A stretch of 40,299 nt of DNA, taken from contig BLSG01000410.1 in assembly GCA_012862495.1 (NCBI GenBank), positions 49,590 to 89,888 on the forward strand, in the 5' to 3' direction. Both the position numbers and the translations under genes were made by a program. The stretch is from Thraustochytrium aureum. Taxonomy: Eukaryota. Positions 10,016 through 20,452 of the stretch are shown in pieces. The notes beneath the pieces are model-generated. The model was given only the letters and a program-made list of their open reading frames with translations, was not told the origin of the DNA and ran no database searches. Each line of letters opens with the position of its first letter. Position 1 is the first letter of the stretch.

Positions 10016-11587
10016 TTGATGCACCAAGGCCCTCCGCAGGTTCACAGACCAAGCCAAATCGACGACAGCAGAGAGAAGGAGAAGGGAACGACAGCAAGTG
10101 GAGACAACACCAACGGCAACGAGGACGAGGACGAGGACGAGGAGGACGACGAGGACGAGGAACTCGCTGGCCCACCAGAGATGCCGGCTTTGGCGGAACG
10201 CATGAAGCCGCAGCGCGGCTTTGCTTCCTCCTTTAGCGTCGACAGCTGCGGGAAAGAAACGCCCGAGGATCCGATACGCAGCCAAGACACGTTTGATGAC
10301 GGGCAAAACATACAGAAACTCGTCAAGCTCGAGCGCCTTGAGCTCGAGCCTGCCCCGGCACCAGCAGCAAGCCCCATGGCAAATGACACAGCTCCGCCTC
10401 CGCTCGCGGACCCGGAGAGCCGCAAGGGCGTACCGCGGACGAGCATGGAGATTTTCATGGACCACGTCCAAAGGCTTTCCAATGGAGCTGTTGACGCGTC
10501 GGGGATCATCAGCAAGGAGTGCTTCCAGGAATGGCTCACCTCCCCGCAAGAGCAAGCTGAAAAACCCATACCTGACATTCGTGCATACCGTACGCAGCCA
10601 TGTGACGGGGGATCCCAAGACGGGCCGCAACCCTTTCCCTGCAGACGTCGAAGCAAGCTTGCTCAAGCTCTTTCGTACGCGCAAGATGTGGCCGTGTTTC
10701 GAGGGCACGCACGTCAAATACGGCATTCGCGGGATGTTTGTCACTGGCTTTCACGAGGCGCGCACCAACCAGCAGAACCACAGTCTGCGCCAGCCAGTCG
10801 CCGCCTTCACTATGTCGCAGCTGCAGACTGGGCACCCATTTGCGCCGAGCTTTGCTCACTTACCGTATCAGACTGCATCAGTGCCGACATTCGCGCAGCG
10901 CTCGCTTCTCTTTCCGTACCAGCAACTGCAGCACCAACATGTGCATGTGCAGCATCAACAACATCAACAAGTNNNNNNNNNNNNNNNNNNNNNNNNNNNN
11001 NNNNNNNNNNNNNNNNNNNNNNNNNNNNNNNNNNNNNNNNNNNNNNNNNNNNNNNNNNNNNNNNNNNNNNNNNNNNNNNNNNNNNNNNNNNNNNNNNNNN
11101 NNNNNNNNNNNNNNNNNNNNNNNNNNNNNNNNNNNNNNNNNNNNNNNNNNNNNNNNNNNNNNNNNNNNNNNNNNNNNNNNNNNNNNNNNNNNNNNNNNNN
11201 NNNNNNNNNNNNNNNNNNATTATCTGTCCCGCAGCCCAGCCTGGCCAACCGATGCACCACCAGGTTGCCATGCCGCAACAGACCATGCTGCCACTGCAAG
11301 CCACGATGCCGCAGCAGGGTATGATGCCACAGCAAACCGCGACGGCACAGCAGGGCATGACGCCGATGCGATGGAACGTCCCAGCAGCACCAGCGACGCC
11401 GCCCGAAGTGGCCGACCGCCGGAGCAACGAGGTCCTGCAGCGCTACGGCAGTTCGTCAGATTATGTTGACGAACTCGTGCACTTGCTTTGCGTGAGCGAT
11501 CAGCCCGGCGCGGCAAAGCGTTCGCAAGGAGAGAAGAGCCCAAACTCGGGCGACGACGCCGACTCCAAGCGCCCGCGGCGACAGTAA
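10016..11587 (+). CDS. Hypothetical protein (acidic N-terminus, compact basic/aromatic domain, Q/P-rich C-terminus); frame break at ~10542 and internal gap
   Basis: Starts with EDEDEDEEDDEDEE, then ISKECFQEWLTS. Removing one C from CCCC continues as RKSKLKNPYLTFVHTVRSHVTGDPKTGRNPF...WPCFEG...GFHE, followed by poly-Q. The exact start is uncertain. Confidence 0.6.
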   Translation: MMHQGPPQVHRPSQIDDSREKEKGTTASGDNTNGNEDEDEDEEDDEDEELAGPPEMPALAERMKPQRGFASSFSVDSCGKETPEDPIRSQDTFDDGQNIQKLVKLERLELEPAPAPAASPMANDTAPPPLADPESRKGVPRTSMEIFMDHVQRLSNGAVDASGIISKECFQEWLTSPQEQAEKPIPDIRAYRTQPCDGGSQDGPQPFPCRRRSKLAQALSYAQDVAVFRGHARQIRHSRDVCHWLSRGAHQPAEPQSAPASRRLHYVAAADWAPICAELCSLTVSDCISADIRAALASLSVPATAAPTCACAASTTSTSXXXXXXXXXXXXXXXXXXXXXXXXXXXXXXXXXXXXXXXXXXXXXXXXXXXXXXXXXXXXXXXXXXXXXXXXXXXXXXXXXXIICPAAQPGQPMHHQVAMPQQTMLPLQATMPQQGMMPQQTATAQQGMTPMRWNVPAAPATPPEVADRRSNEVLQRYGSSSDYVDELVHLLCVSDQPGAAKRSQGEKSPNSGDDADSKRPRRQ

Positions 11588-12177
11588 ACGACGGGCAGGT
11601 CGAAGGGCGACGTGTTGTGGGTGCTACTGTCGTCCTCCTTGCACACCGAAAGTGACGGCTGGACCAGTGCCGGCCACGTAGAGTTAGTCGAACGCAACGT
11701 CGAAGGCAACACGCGGCCACAGCGGGCCCCTGCGCGACCACAAACGCAACGCCGAGGGCGGCTACTTCCTGGCGCACCCTTCTGGCGCTTGGCCACGGGT
11801 CAGGACCTAGCCGTGGACCAGTGGACGCAGATGCCATCGCAAACGACAGAGATCCCAGCTTTCGACGCCGTTAGGGGCGGCCTTTCAGGTCGCAACGGGT
11901 CGTCTGCACATCTCCCTTGGCCGCCGTAAGGTGGGGCCAGGACGAGATCTGGCTTGGGCCGACGCGAGCGCGCGCCAAAGGCCCCTGGAGCGCGCGAAAC
12001 GGTTTGAGAATTGCGAGGGCTCTTCATCTTCGGGACGGCGTCCTTCCGTTGGAAGCGAGCCGACGATGCACCAGGGCTGCATCCCCCGACCGCGGCGTGG
12101 ACGTCGAAGCTTGGCTGTCACCGCTCGCCGCAGCCGCAGCGCCCATCCTCTAGCCCACCCAGTCCAGAGCGACTCTC

Positions 12178-12279
12178 AAGTAGAGACCGTGCGAGAGGGT
12201 CGCGTCCACGACACCCTGACATCTCCCAAAGTAGAGACGGTCCGAGAGGGTCGCGTCCACGACACCGTGACATCATCTC
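12178..12279. repeat. Tandem duplication, ~51 bp x2
   Basis: AAGTAGAGAC(C/G)GT(G/C)CGAGAGGGTCGCGTCCACGACACC(C/G)TGACATC occurs twice, followed by CCAT/CCAG simple repeats up to the gap. Confidence 0.85.
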
Positions 12280-12828
12280 CCGAACAGCAACCATCCAACC
12301 AAACCCATCCTTCCATCCACGCATCCCTCCCTCCATCCAGCCGTCCATCCAGCCGTCCACCCGTCAAGCCAACCAGAACCGCCGCCAGCAGCAGCCGGCC
12401 GTCCGCGCCTCGGGCGCGCCGTCAGACGCACGGACGCATTGCCGCATTGACGCATGGATGGACGCGTGGATGGANNNNNNNNNNNNNNNNNNNNNNNNNN
12501 NNNNNNNNNNNNNNNNNNNNNNNNNNNNNNNNNNNNNNNNNNNNNNNNNNNNNNNNNNNNNNNNNNNNNNNNNNNNNNNNNNNNNNNNNNNNNNNNNNNN
12601 NNNNNNNNNNNNNNNNNNNNNNNNNNNNNNNNNNNNNNNNNNNNNNNNNNNNNNNNNNNNNNNNNNNNNNNNNNNNNNNNNNNNNNNNNNNNNNNNNNNN
12701 NNNNNNNNNNNNNNNNNNNNNNNNNNNNNNNNNNNNNNNNNNNNNNNNNNNNNNNNNNNNNNNNNNNNNNNNNNNNNNNNNNNNNNNNNNNNNNNNNNNN
12801 NNNNNNNNNNNNNNNNNNNNNNNNNNNG

Positions 12829-13773
12829 GATATCGAAAGCATTGCCGTTCACCGAGGCCACCTCTACGCAATCTCTCGCGCTGGCGCGCTGTGGGAGCGC
12901 CGCCGAAGCGGCGACAAGCTCGAGTGGGCCGTGCACCGCCAGTTTCACCTCGTTGGCTTGGCGCAAAGCTCGCCCTGGCGCAAATCAGACGTGATGTTCT
13001 TCCTCGACGCTTCGGGCACCCTCCTCGAGTGCCGCGCCCAAAATGCCGACCGCTGCCTCGCGTACGAGTCGGAATATGACCTCAAGGACCTCGACCTGGA
13101 GAAGCCTTTGCACATAGCGGACGCAGAGTCGCTCGAGCCCAACCTGCTTTTCCTGGTTGGGGAGAACGGCAACCTACTTGAGGCCTCGCTCAACCACCGC
13201 TCCCAGACGGTTAAGATCAACAATCTCGGCCATCCCGCAGGCCTGCCGTTCAGCCCCGTGAAGGCCACGGTGATGAAGCTGGACTCGCCCAGCAAGATTC
13301 GCTCGCTCTTTTTGGTGGCGCTCACCGGCGACCTCGTCGAGCTGGCCACGCGCCCTGTCCAGGGCGGCTACGAGTGGGTCTTGCACGGCCGTCCATTCGC
13401 GGAGGGCAAACTCGTCGTCCCAACACAGTCGAGTGTGACTAGCCGATCTGTGTTTGCGGTGACCTCAATTGGAACGCTTGTGGAACGTCAAATGCTCGGC
13501 TCGGAGTGGACGTGGATCGACCACGGCGCGCCCAAGGACGACTTGATTGCGCAGGTTGCTGGCGCCCCCATTTCGACCAAAAGCGTCTACTATTTGACGA
13601 CCGGCGGCCGCCTCGCCTCGAGGAGCTGGGAAGGGACGGGCTGGGCCTGGGGATCACACGACCTCCCAGAAAGCTCAGACGGGAGTGCTATCGACCTCTA
13701 CTGCTCGGGCGACCGCGCATCGCCTAATAGTTGCATGCCTGTGACCGAAGGAGGTCAATCGCCGATAGCCTGA
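12829..13773 (+). CDS. Partial (3') protein with Trp-rich beta-propeller-like repeats, possibly lectin-like; 5' end in gap
   Basis: Long open frame with recurring blades G.L.E....W.W..HG.P (GALWER..LEWAVH, GDLVEL..YEWVLHGRP, GTLVER..WTWIDHGAP, GRLASR..WAWGSH). Confidence 0.7.
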   Translation, partial: DIESIAVHRGHLYAISRAGALWERRRSGDKLEWAVHRQFHLVGLAQSSPWRKSDVMFFLDASGTLLECRAQNADRCLAYESEYDLKDLDLEKPLHIADAESLEPNLLFLVGENGNLLEASLNHRSQTVKINNLGHPAGLPFSPVKATVMKLDSPSKIRSLFLVALTGDLVELATRPVQGGYEWVLHGRPFAEGKLVVPTQSSVTSRSVFAVTSIGTLVERQMLGSEWTWIDHGAPKDDLIAQVAGAPISTKSVYYLTTGGRLASRSWEGTGWAWGSHDLPESSDGSAIDLYCSGDRASPNSCMPVTEGGQSPIA

Positions 13774-15070
13774 CGTCGCGCTCGTGTGAGCGCGCGCCGT
13801 GCTGCAGCTGTGGTTCTGAAGCAGGGCAGGCTCTACGAACGAACCTTGCGAGCAGGCTCCGGGCGCAATTATGAGTTGGAGTTGGCTGGAAAGGGCCCTG
13901 AGCGATGGGCAGTTGGCATCCGCCGCCGGCCGCAATCCTCGATCTGGCCGATTTCTTTGGCGACGACCTTCGTCACGCGTACGGAGCGGGGGCGAGAGCG
14001 GGCCAAGCCATGGCGGCTCCCAGGCCTGCCTTGCACGCGAATACCTTGCTTTCAGGCTACGCTAGAGAGTGACAAATGAAAGTCATAGGTTAAACTGGAG
14101 GCGGTCTCTGCCGTGCATTGAAANNNNNNNNNNNNNNNNNNNNNNNNNNNNNNNNNNNNNNNNNNNNNNNNNNNNNNNNNNNNNNNNNNNNNNNNNNNNN
14201 NNNNNNNNNNNNNNNNNNNNNNNNNNNNNNNNNNNNNNNNNNNNNNNNNNNNNNNNNNNNNNNNNNNNNNNNNNNNNNNNNNNNNNNNNNNNNNNNNNNN
14301 NNNNNNGGTTAAACTGGAGGCGGTCTCTGCCGTGCATTGAAACCTCGCTCGAGTTCAGGGCATTTCCCTCCAACCGACCTACCTTGGAGTCGCGACGCAG
14401 TGAGTGCTTGAGTGAGACGTGCCGGGGGCAGACAGACGCCAGCTCCTCCGCATCCCACACGCTTGATTCTGCGTGTGGCAATCTCACTTGGGTGGTAATG
14501 GCCCTTGGCTTGAGCTGTCTGTCTCTCAAGCTGTGTAGGCGGCCCAATTTAAGCGGTGGGCGAGCGACCGACCGAGAAAACCAAAGACGGAGGCGTGCTG
14601 TCACTTCCGTGCCCCGTGTCTACTGAACAAACTTGAACGACCACAATCACATCGAGCGTTAGGTCCCGCGTACCGCAACGTTGTCGCTGACTCTTTCTCC
14701 GCACACAGATTGGCGGGTTGCCCGTCCGCAACGCCAAGGTGATAGAGTCCGATGCAAACTTCAATCGGGAAAACCTCGATTGAAGCGCCTGCAGCGACGT
14801 GCCTGCGCGCTGCGGGGAGTCCGATCGAGCTCCGGATAGCGACTGAGAAGGGTGCGCACTGTGTATGCTTTGCGGCTTGCCATGCAAGAGAGATGCCGCA
14901 CGACGCCGAACGCGCCAGACAAAACGTTGGAGAGCACATGAGCTTGTGCGGCCAAATGGTGTGATTTAGGGCGGGCGTTGCAACCGGCCACAATGTCAAA
15001 CATGTTGTGCGCTGGAGCATGACGGGCCCACCCGTGAGCGGCCTTGGACAGCGACTTGCAAGCAAGCAGA

Positions 15071-15200
15071 CACCAATCGAACAGCGCAACAAACCCACAA
15101 AGCAGCAACCAATCAACCCAGCGCAACAAACCCACAAAGCAGGCACCAATCGAACCAGCGCAGCAAACCTCAAAGCAACAACCAATCGAACCAGCGCAAC
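15071..15200 (+). repeat. Imperfect 36-37 bp tandem repeat (~3.5 copies), each containing CCAATC, just upstream of the lipase
   Basis: CCAATC at 15073, 15109, 15146 and 15182, each followed by an ..CAGCGCA-type sequence. Confidence 0.8.
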
Positions 15201-15244
15201 GTGGAACGAACAGCTGCTCAGCGAGGAATCCAGATCTGTGGAAA

Positions 15245-16042
15245 ATGATGACCCGCCTCGCCCTCCTCCTATCTATGGTAGGCGCTTTGGCGCTGACCCC
15301 GGCTACGGGCTCCGTGGTCGCGGGCGGTCTGCGCAGCGCCAGCCGTGGACTCGGCACCTCGTCAGCACACAAGCGCATCGCCGAGCTGATCAAGGTGGGA
15401 ACCGATGACATCAAGTTCTCGCACGACGCGGTTGGCGTGAAGATGCTCGACGGCAAGTGCCAAGTCTACTTTGAGGAGACGAGCAAGACGTCTCTGCAAG
15501 ATTGGCTTTCCAACCTCAACATTGCCAATACGAACCTGCCGTACACGTACAGCAAATCGACCAAGCGGTGCGTCGAGTACAACAAGATTTGCGTTTGGGG
15601 CAAGTGCATCCAAACGACCTGCAAGCGCGAGGAAACAACCACGTCAACCAAGAGGTACAAGGCGCATCGAGGGTTTAGCAACAACGTCGTGGCGAGCCTG
15701 CGAAGGATTCTCGACGTCGTCGACACCAAGTGCGGCAAGTCGGCGCAGATCGTTGCGTCCGGGTTTTCTCGGGGCGGCGCGCTGGCCGTGGTCTTTGCAG
15801 CTGGCGCCAAGCACAGCGGCTACAAGGTCGCTGAAGTAGTGACATTTGCTGCTCCGGCAGTCCTCGGCGACAGAGACAGTGCCAACGCATTTATCAGCCA
15901 AGTTGCGCCGATGAAGCGCTACACCGTCGTCTCCGACCCCTTTGACAACGCTGTGCCAACCGCAGTTCACCCTGTCGGCGAGTCGAAAATCCTTGCAGCG
16001 TGCGTGTCGATCGGGTGCCACAACATCAAGTTCTACCTCTAG
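15245..16042 (+). CDS. Secreted class-3 lipase-like alpha/beta hydrolase
   Basis: Signal peptide MMTRLALLLSMVGALAL, lid-region DWLSNLN, AHRGF, nucleophile elbow GFSRGG, VVTFAAP and C-terminal H....Y (CHNIKFY). Confidence 0.8.
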   Translation: MMTRLALLLSMVGALALTPATGSVVAGGLRSASRGLGTSSAHKRIAELIKVGTDDIKFSHDAVGVKMLDGKCQVYFEETSKTSLQDWLSNLNIANTNLPYTYSKSTKRCVEYNKICVWGKCIQTTCKREETTTSTKRYKAHRGFSNNVVASLRRILDVVDTKCGKSAQIVASGFSRGGALAVVFAAGAKHSGYKVAEVVTFAAPAVLGDRDSANAFISQVAPMKRYTVVSDPFDNAVPTAVHPVGESKILAACVSIGCHNIKFYL

Positions 16043-16160
16043 TTCCAAAGAGAGGCAGCAGTCCAAGTGCGCCATCGCAACAATTCAGTTAACGAATTAT
16101 TCCACCAAATCGAGATTGACTGCTACGGAGACCTGCCGCCGTTGGCGCAAGCTTGTGGCA

Positions 16161-17257
16161 CTACTTGGAACCCCTCGGCGGCTCGTGCGCCTCGCCGAAA
16201 AACCGCGGGTGAGCTGCCAAAGCGTGCTCGATGGGCCCCCAGTGGCCCTCGTGCATGCGGTACCAGTCGACGGTTTGGCGCAGTCCCGAGGCAAAGTCAA
16301 CCTTTTGGCTCCAGCCCAGCTCCGACAACTTGGACCCGTCTATGTTGTACCGTGTGTCGTTGAATGCCCGGTCCTCGCAAAAAACCAGCAAAGAGCTGCG
16401 CTTGTCAGAGGCCCCAAAAATGCCGAGGATGGCCTCTGCCACCTCGAGCACGCTGTGCTCATAATTGCCTCCAACGTTGAGAACCTGTCCAGGCTGCGCA
16501 TGCCGAAGGATCGTGACAAAGGCCTCCGCCACGTCTGTGACGTAGAGCAGGTTTCGCCTCGTCGACCCGTCGCCATGGATGGTGAGCGGCATACCCCGCA
16601 TCATCTGGTTGATAAACTTGGGGATCATCTTTTCTGGGTACTGGCCTGGCCCGTACACGTTGTTGCCTCGCGTGATTACCACGGGCACGTTAAAGGAGCG
16701 GTGGTATGCCTTGCACAGAAACTCCGCGGCCGCCTTGGTTGCGGCGTACGGGTTTGTGGGCTCCAGCACAGACTCCTCTTGAAAGACGTCTCCCCCGTGC
16801 TCTCGCCATAGACCTCGTCCGTGCTGACGTGAATGAAGCGCTTGATGGCCGGCCCCATGCGCTTTGCGGACTCCAGGAGAACGTGCGTCCCCATGACATT
16901 GGTCATGGTGAACTTGAAGCTCGTCCCGAACGAGTTGTCCACGTGCGTCTCGGCGGCAATGTGTAAAATGGTGTCTACCTCTTCCGTCTCGAGCACGTAG
17001 GCGACGAGGTCGGCAGAGGTGATGTCGCCGTGAATAAACTTGAACCGTGTGGAGGCCTTGTCGATGCCGTCCAAGTTTTTCATCGACGCCGCGTACGTCA
17101 GGCAGTCCAGCACAGCGATGCGCGCGTTCGGGAACTGCTCGATAAACAGCTTGACCACATGGCTCCCAATAAACCCAGCGCCCCCGGTCACGAGCACGCT
17201 CGTCGGCTCGAACGGTATTGGCTGCACCGACTCGGCTCCGTCGGGCCGACCTTCCAT
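16161..17257 (-). CDS. NDP-glucose 4,6-dehydratase (RHM/RmlB-like extended SDR); frame break at ~16792
   Basis: VLVTGGAGFIGS, HIAAETHVDNSFG and HVSTDEVYG in one frame; PTNPYAATKAAAE, TRGNNVYGPGQYPEK and DRAFNDTRY in the next. One extra base near the G5 run joins them. Confidence 0.92.
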
Positions 17258-17607
17258 CCCGCTTGCCCGCCCTAGCGCGCTCGCACGACACGGCCGCCCG
17301 AGAGCGAGCGAGCGCCACTACCGAGCAGCTGAGCCGCGCCGCGTCCCTGAGCGGGTGGCTTGGCGCCGCCTGCAGGTCGCCCGAATCCGGGTACCCTCGC
17401 TCAATCCCGCAGGAATCCAGCGAGCGCGCCGCGACGCGCGGGGCGGGCCCCCAGCGCCAGCTTCGCGCAGCCGTCAACCCGCTGCCGGGCAGCGCGACCG
17501 GGCGGCGGGAGAGAAGAGCGGGCAGCAGATTGGTTGGACGAATGCCGCCATTCCGGCGCACAATGGGCGCCATGGCGACCGCTGGCGCAGATCCCCATCG
17601 CCAGACG

Positions 17608-17643
17608 CAGCAGCAGCAGCAGCGGCGGCGGCGGCGGCGGCGG
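17608..17643. repeat. Compound (CAG)n(CGG)n microsatellite between the divergent dehydratase and GET1 genes
   Basis: Read directly. Confidence 0.85.
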
Positions 17644-17658
17644 TAGGAGCTTCGCGCG

Positions 17659-18270
17659 ATGGCGACCAACGGCGGCGAGCTTGCGATGCGGCACCCGATG
17701 CAGGCGCAGGCGATCCTGGTCGTGGCGGCCGTGGTGCTGGTCGTCGAGGTGCTCAACGCCGTGCTGACGAGGTAAGTACGTGCTCCCGGTCGTGGCCGGC
17801 GCGCGCGGACGCCGGCTGACGGCGCGGCTGCGGCCAGGCTACTGATCGAGCTGAGGCCCACGGCGGAGGAGGACGAGCTGCGGAAGCGCGCTGCGGCGAT
17901 CAAGCGCGAGGCCAAGGACTACAACCTGCCTGCGACGTTCATCAAGTGGGCCAAGATGGAACGCGAGGCCGGCGCGCTGGAGAAGGACCTGCTCAAGTTG
18001 CAGGAGGAACGCCGCGTGAAGGCCGCTGCGCCCTGGCGGCGCCAGCTCTCGCGCGCGCTTGGCTTGCGCCGGTACGTTTTGTTTGTGGCGCTCTACTTTG
18101 GCTACGAGGCAACCCTGCCGCAAGAGCCGCTCATGGAGGTGTCGAGCGACTGGATGTGGCCGTACTCGCGCCTCCTGGCGCTGCCCAACCATTCGGCGGG
18201 AGCCTTGTCGGTTGTGGCTTGGTCCGTCGTTAGCCAAAAGGTATTCGCACGCGTGCTCGCGCAACAGTAG
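17659..18270 (+). CDS. GET1: GET1/WRB-like tail-anchored protein insertase; intron 17772-17837
   Basis: Exon 1 encodes a TM segment (ILVVAAVVLVVEVLNAVLT). The intron is GTAAGT...CTGAC...CAG. Exon 2 has a coiled coil with PATFIKWAKMER, then further hydrophobic segments with WMWP and ALSVVAW. Confidence 0.8.
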
Positions 18271-18367
18271 CCGAGCAGCGCCGAGGCTGCTTGCTCGCAG
18301 TGCCTCGGCGCTGCTCGCAGTGCTCAGAGGAGCAGTATTTAGAGACTCGTTCATGTACAGCAGCAGG

Positions 18368-19270
18368 TCACTTCCTTATCATCTGGGCTGCGCTGCGCAG
18401 GTGAACGATGCTGCCTTGCCGCAAGATCCTTCTCAGGCCTGTGGCGACGAAAGGCCCCGAGTCAACCTTGTTCTGCAAGGACGCTATCCTCTTCTCCGCG
18501 GCTCTCACTAGGGCGTCGTCGGCGCCAAGCACTTTCTCGTACCTGTCCTTGGTTTCCATAAGGATCTTTGTTGCCTCCTTAGCGATCTCGCCGAGCAGTG
18601 GCTCTGGCACGTCGACGCGGTGCCTGTCGCGCTGCTCAATATACCAGGCCTTGTACACGCTGTCCACCTCGAGGCCGGTGGCGCGCTGGGCTTGCCCGTA
18701 CATGGCGCGCTTTTGCCATCTCCTCAGCGTCTTGTTTACCTTGACAGCCGTTGGCGCGGCGAGGCCGTCCAGCTGGTTGGGATCGGCTGCGGCGACCTGC
18801 TCTACGCGCGTTTCTTGGACGAGTCCAGTCCACTTGTTGAGCACAGCGCCGGCTTGCGGTGTCGGCGCCTCATCGGTGGGCGCGGCTGGCCTTCCATCAG
18901 CCTCCTTCTTCTGACTGCTATGCTGCGCCTCTCCTGGTTCGCCGTTCAGCTGCTGCTCCTCCTGTTGCTGCAGCTTGGCCCCAAGGAGCTTGTCGCGCAG
19001 CATCTCGAATGCCAACCACCACGAGGCTGGCGCACCTGCAACAAACGCAGGCAGCTGGGTGCCGCGACCACGCGCAAGCGCTCCTCTTTCGGCGCCAGGA
19101 GCTCGCTATCCTCGCGCAGCAGCGTCTTGACTTGCCGCCAAACGAGCACGCAAATCCAGTCCCTGCGAGCGTCCCAGCACCTTCGTCAACAGCTCAGCCA
19201 GCCGCAGCTTCGCGTCTTGCGTACCGATTTGTTCGACGGCGTCGAGCTCGTTTGCACGTCTCCGACGTCC
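18368..19270 (-). CDS. Hypothetical protein (5' part in gap; frame irregular around 19050-19170)
   Basis: 215-aa open frame with coding-like codon use and a charged helical C-terminus. The upstream continuation hits an in-frame TAG at ~19106-19108. No family recognised. Confidence 0.5.
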
Positions 19271-20164
19271 TGACTGACCACCAGGCCGCCAACAACCAAC
19301 CGACAAACCAGCCAAACAAACAGTCAGATCCAGGAAGCCGAGCGCCACGATATGCACAANNNNNNNNNNNNNNNNNNNNNNNNNNNNNNNNNNNNNNNNN
19401 NNNNNNNNNNNNNNNNNNNNNNNNNNNNNNNNNNNNNNNNNNNNNNNNNNNNNNNNNNNNNNNNNNNNNNNNNNNNNNNNNNNNNNNNNNNNNNNNNNNN
19501 NNNNNNNNNNNNNNNNNNNNNNNNNNNNNNNNNNNNNNNNNNNNNNNNNNNNNNNNNNNNNNNNNNNNNNNNNNNNNNNNNNNNNNNNNNNNNNNNNNNN
19601 NNNNNNNNNNNNNNNNNNNNNNNNNNNNNNNNNNNNNNNNNNNNNNNNNNNNNNNNNNNNNNNNNNNNNNNNNNNNNNNNNNNNNNNNNNNNNNNNNNNN
19701 NNNNNNNNNNNNNNNNNNNNNNNNNNNNNNNNNNNNNNNNNNNNNNNNNNNNNNNNNNNNNNNNNNNNNNNNNNNNNNNNNNNNNNNNNNNNNNNNNNNN
19801 NNNNNNNNNNNNNNNNNNNNNNNNNNNNNNNNNNNNNNNNNNNNNNNNNNNNNNNNNNNNNNNNNNNNNNNNNNNNNNNNNNNNNNNNNNNNNNNNNNNN
19901 NNNNNNNNNNNNNNNNNNNNNNNNNNNNNNNNNNNNNNNNNNNNNNNNNNNNNNNNNNNNNNNNNNNNNNNNNNNNNNNNNNNNNNNNNNNNNNNNNNNN
20001 NNNNNNNNNNNNNNNNNNNNNNNNNNNNNNNNNNNNNNNNNNNNNNNNNNNNNNNNNNNNNNNNNNNNNNNNNNNNNNNNNNNNNNNNNNNNNNNNNNNN
20101 NNNNNNNNNNNNNNNNNNNNNNNNNNNNNNNNNNNNNNNNNNNNNNNNNNNNNNNNNNNNNNNN

Positions 20165-20452
20165 ATCGCAATGCACATGCACAACGCGCACGGCCGGGCG
20201 CAAGAGAATCTCGTCGCTGCGGCGCGCATGGGCGTCTACCAGATTGACAGCTCGCTGGGCGGCGCTGGCGGCTGCAACTTTGTCCCGGACGCCAAAGGCA
20301 ACGTCTCCACGCAGGCTGTTGTGGCAACAGCAAACTTTCTTGGGGTGCCACACGGGCTCGACGTGGCCAAGCTCGACGAGGCGAGCGCGTTTCTCGAGTC
20401 GGCGCTCGGGCGCCCCCTCGAGAACAACTACACCTTCACGGCGCAGCACTAG
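20165..20452 (+). CDS. HMGCL: Hydroxymethylglutaryl-CoA lyase, C-terminal part (5' end in gap)
   Basis: HxH metal site (MHMHNAHG), DSSLGGAGGC and GNVST match the HMG-CoA lyase C-terminus. Confidence 0.85.
   Translation: MAMHMHNAHGRAQENLVAAARMGVYQIDSSLGGAGGCNFVPDAKGNVSTQAVVATANFLGVPHGLDVAKLDEASAFLESALGRPLENNYTFTAQH

Noticed and set aside
14088..14342. 36-bp direct repeat flanking an N-gap (CRISPR-like length)
   Set aside because: Only two copies, both abutting the gap, with no spacers or cas genes. Best explained as a scaffolding overlap or a collapsed tandem repeat.
17258..17915. N-terminal half of the 584-aa minus-strand ORF
   Set aside because: It is antisense to GET1 and its microsatellite. 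Only the C-terminal part of that ORF is the real dehydratase.
19100..19115. In-frame TAG as stop-codon readthrough or alternative genetic code
   Set aside because: TAG terminates several normal genes here (cyclase, lipase, ABCG, BRO1). A neighbouring frame looks equally coding, so indels or an unrecognised intron are likelier.
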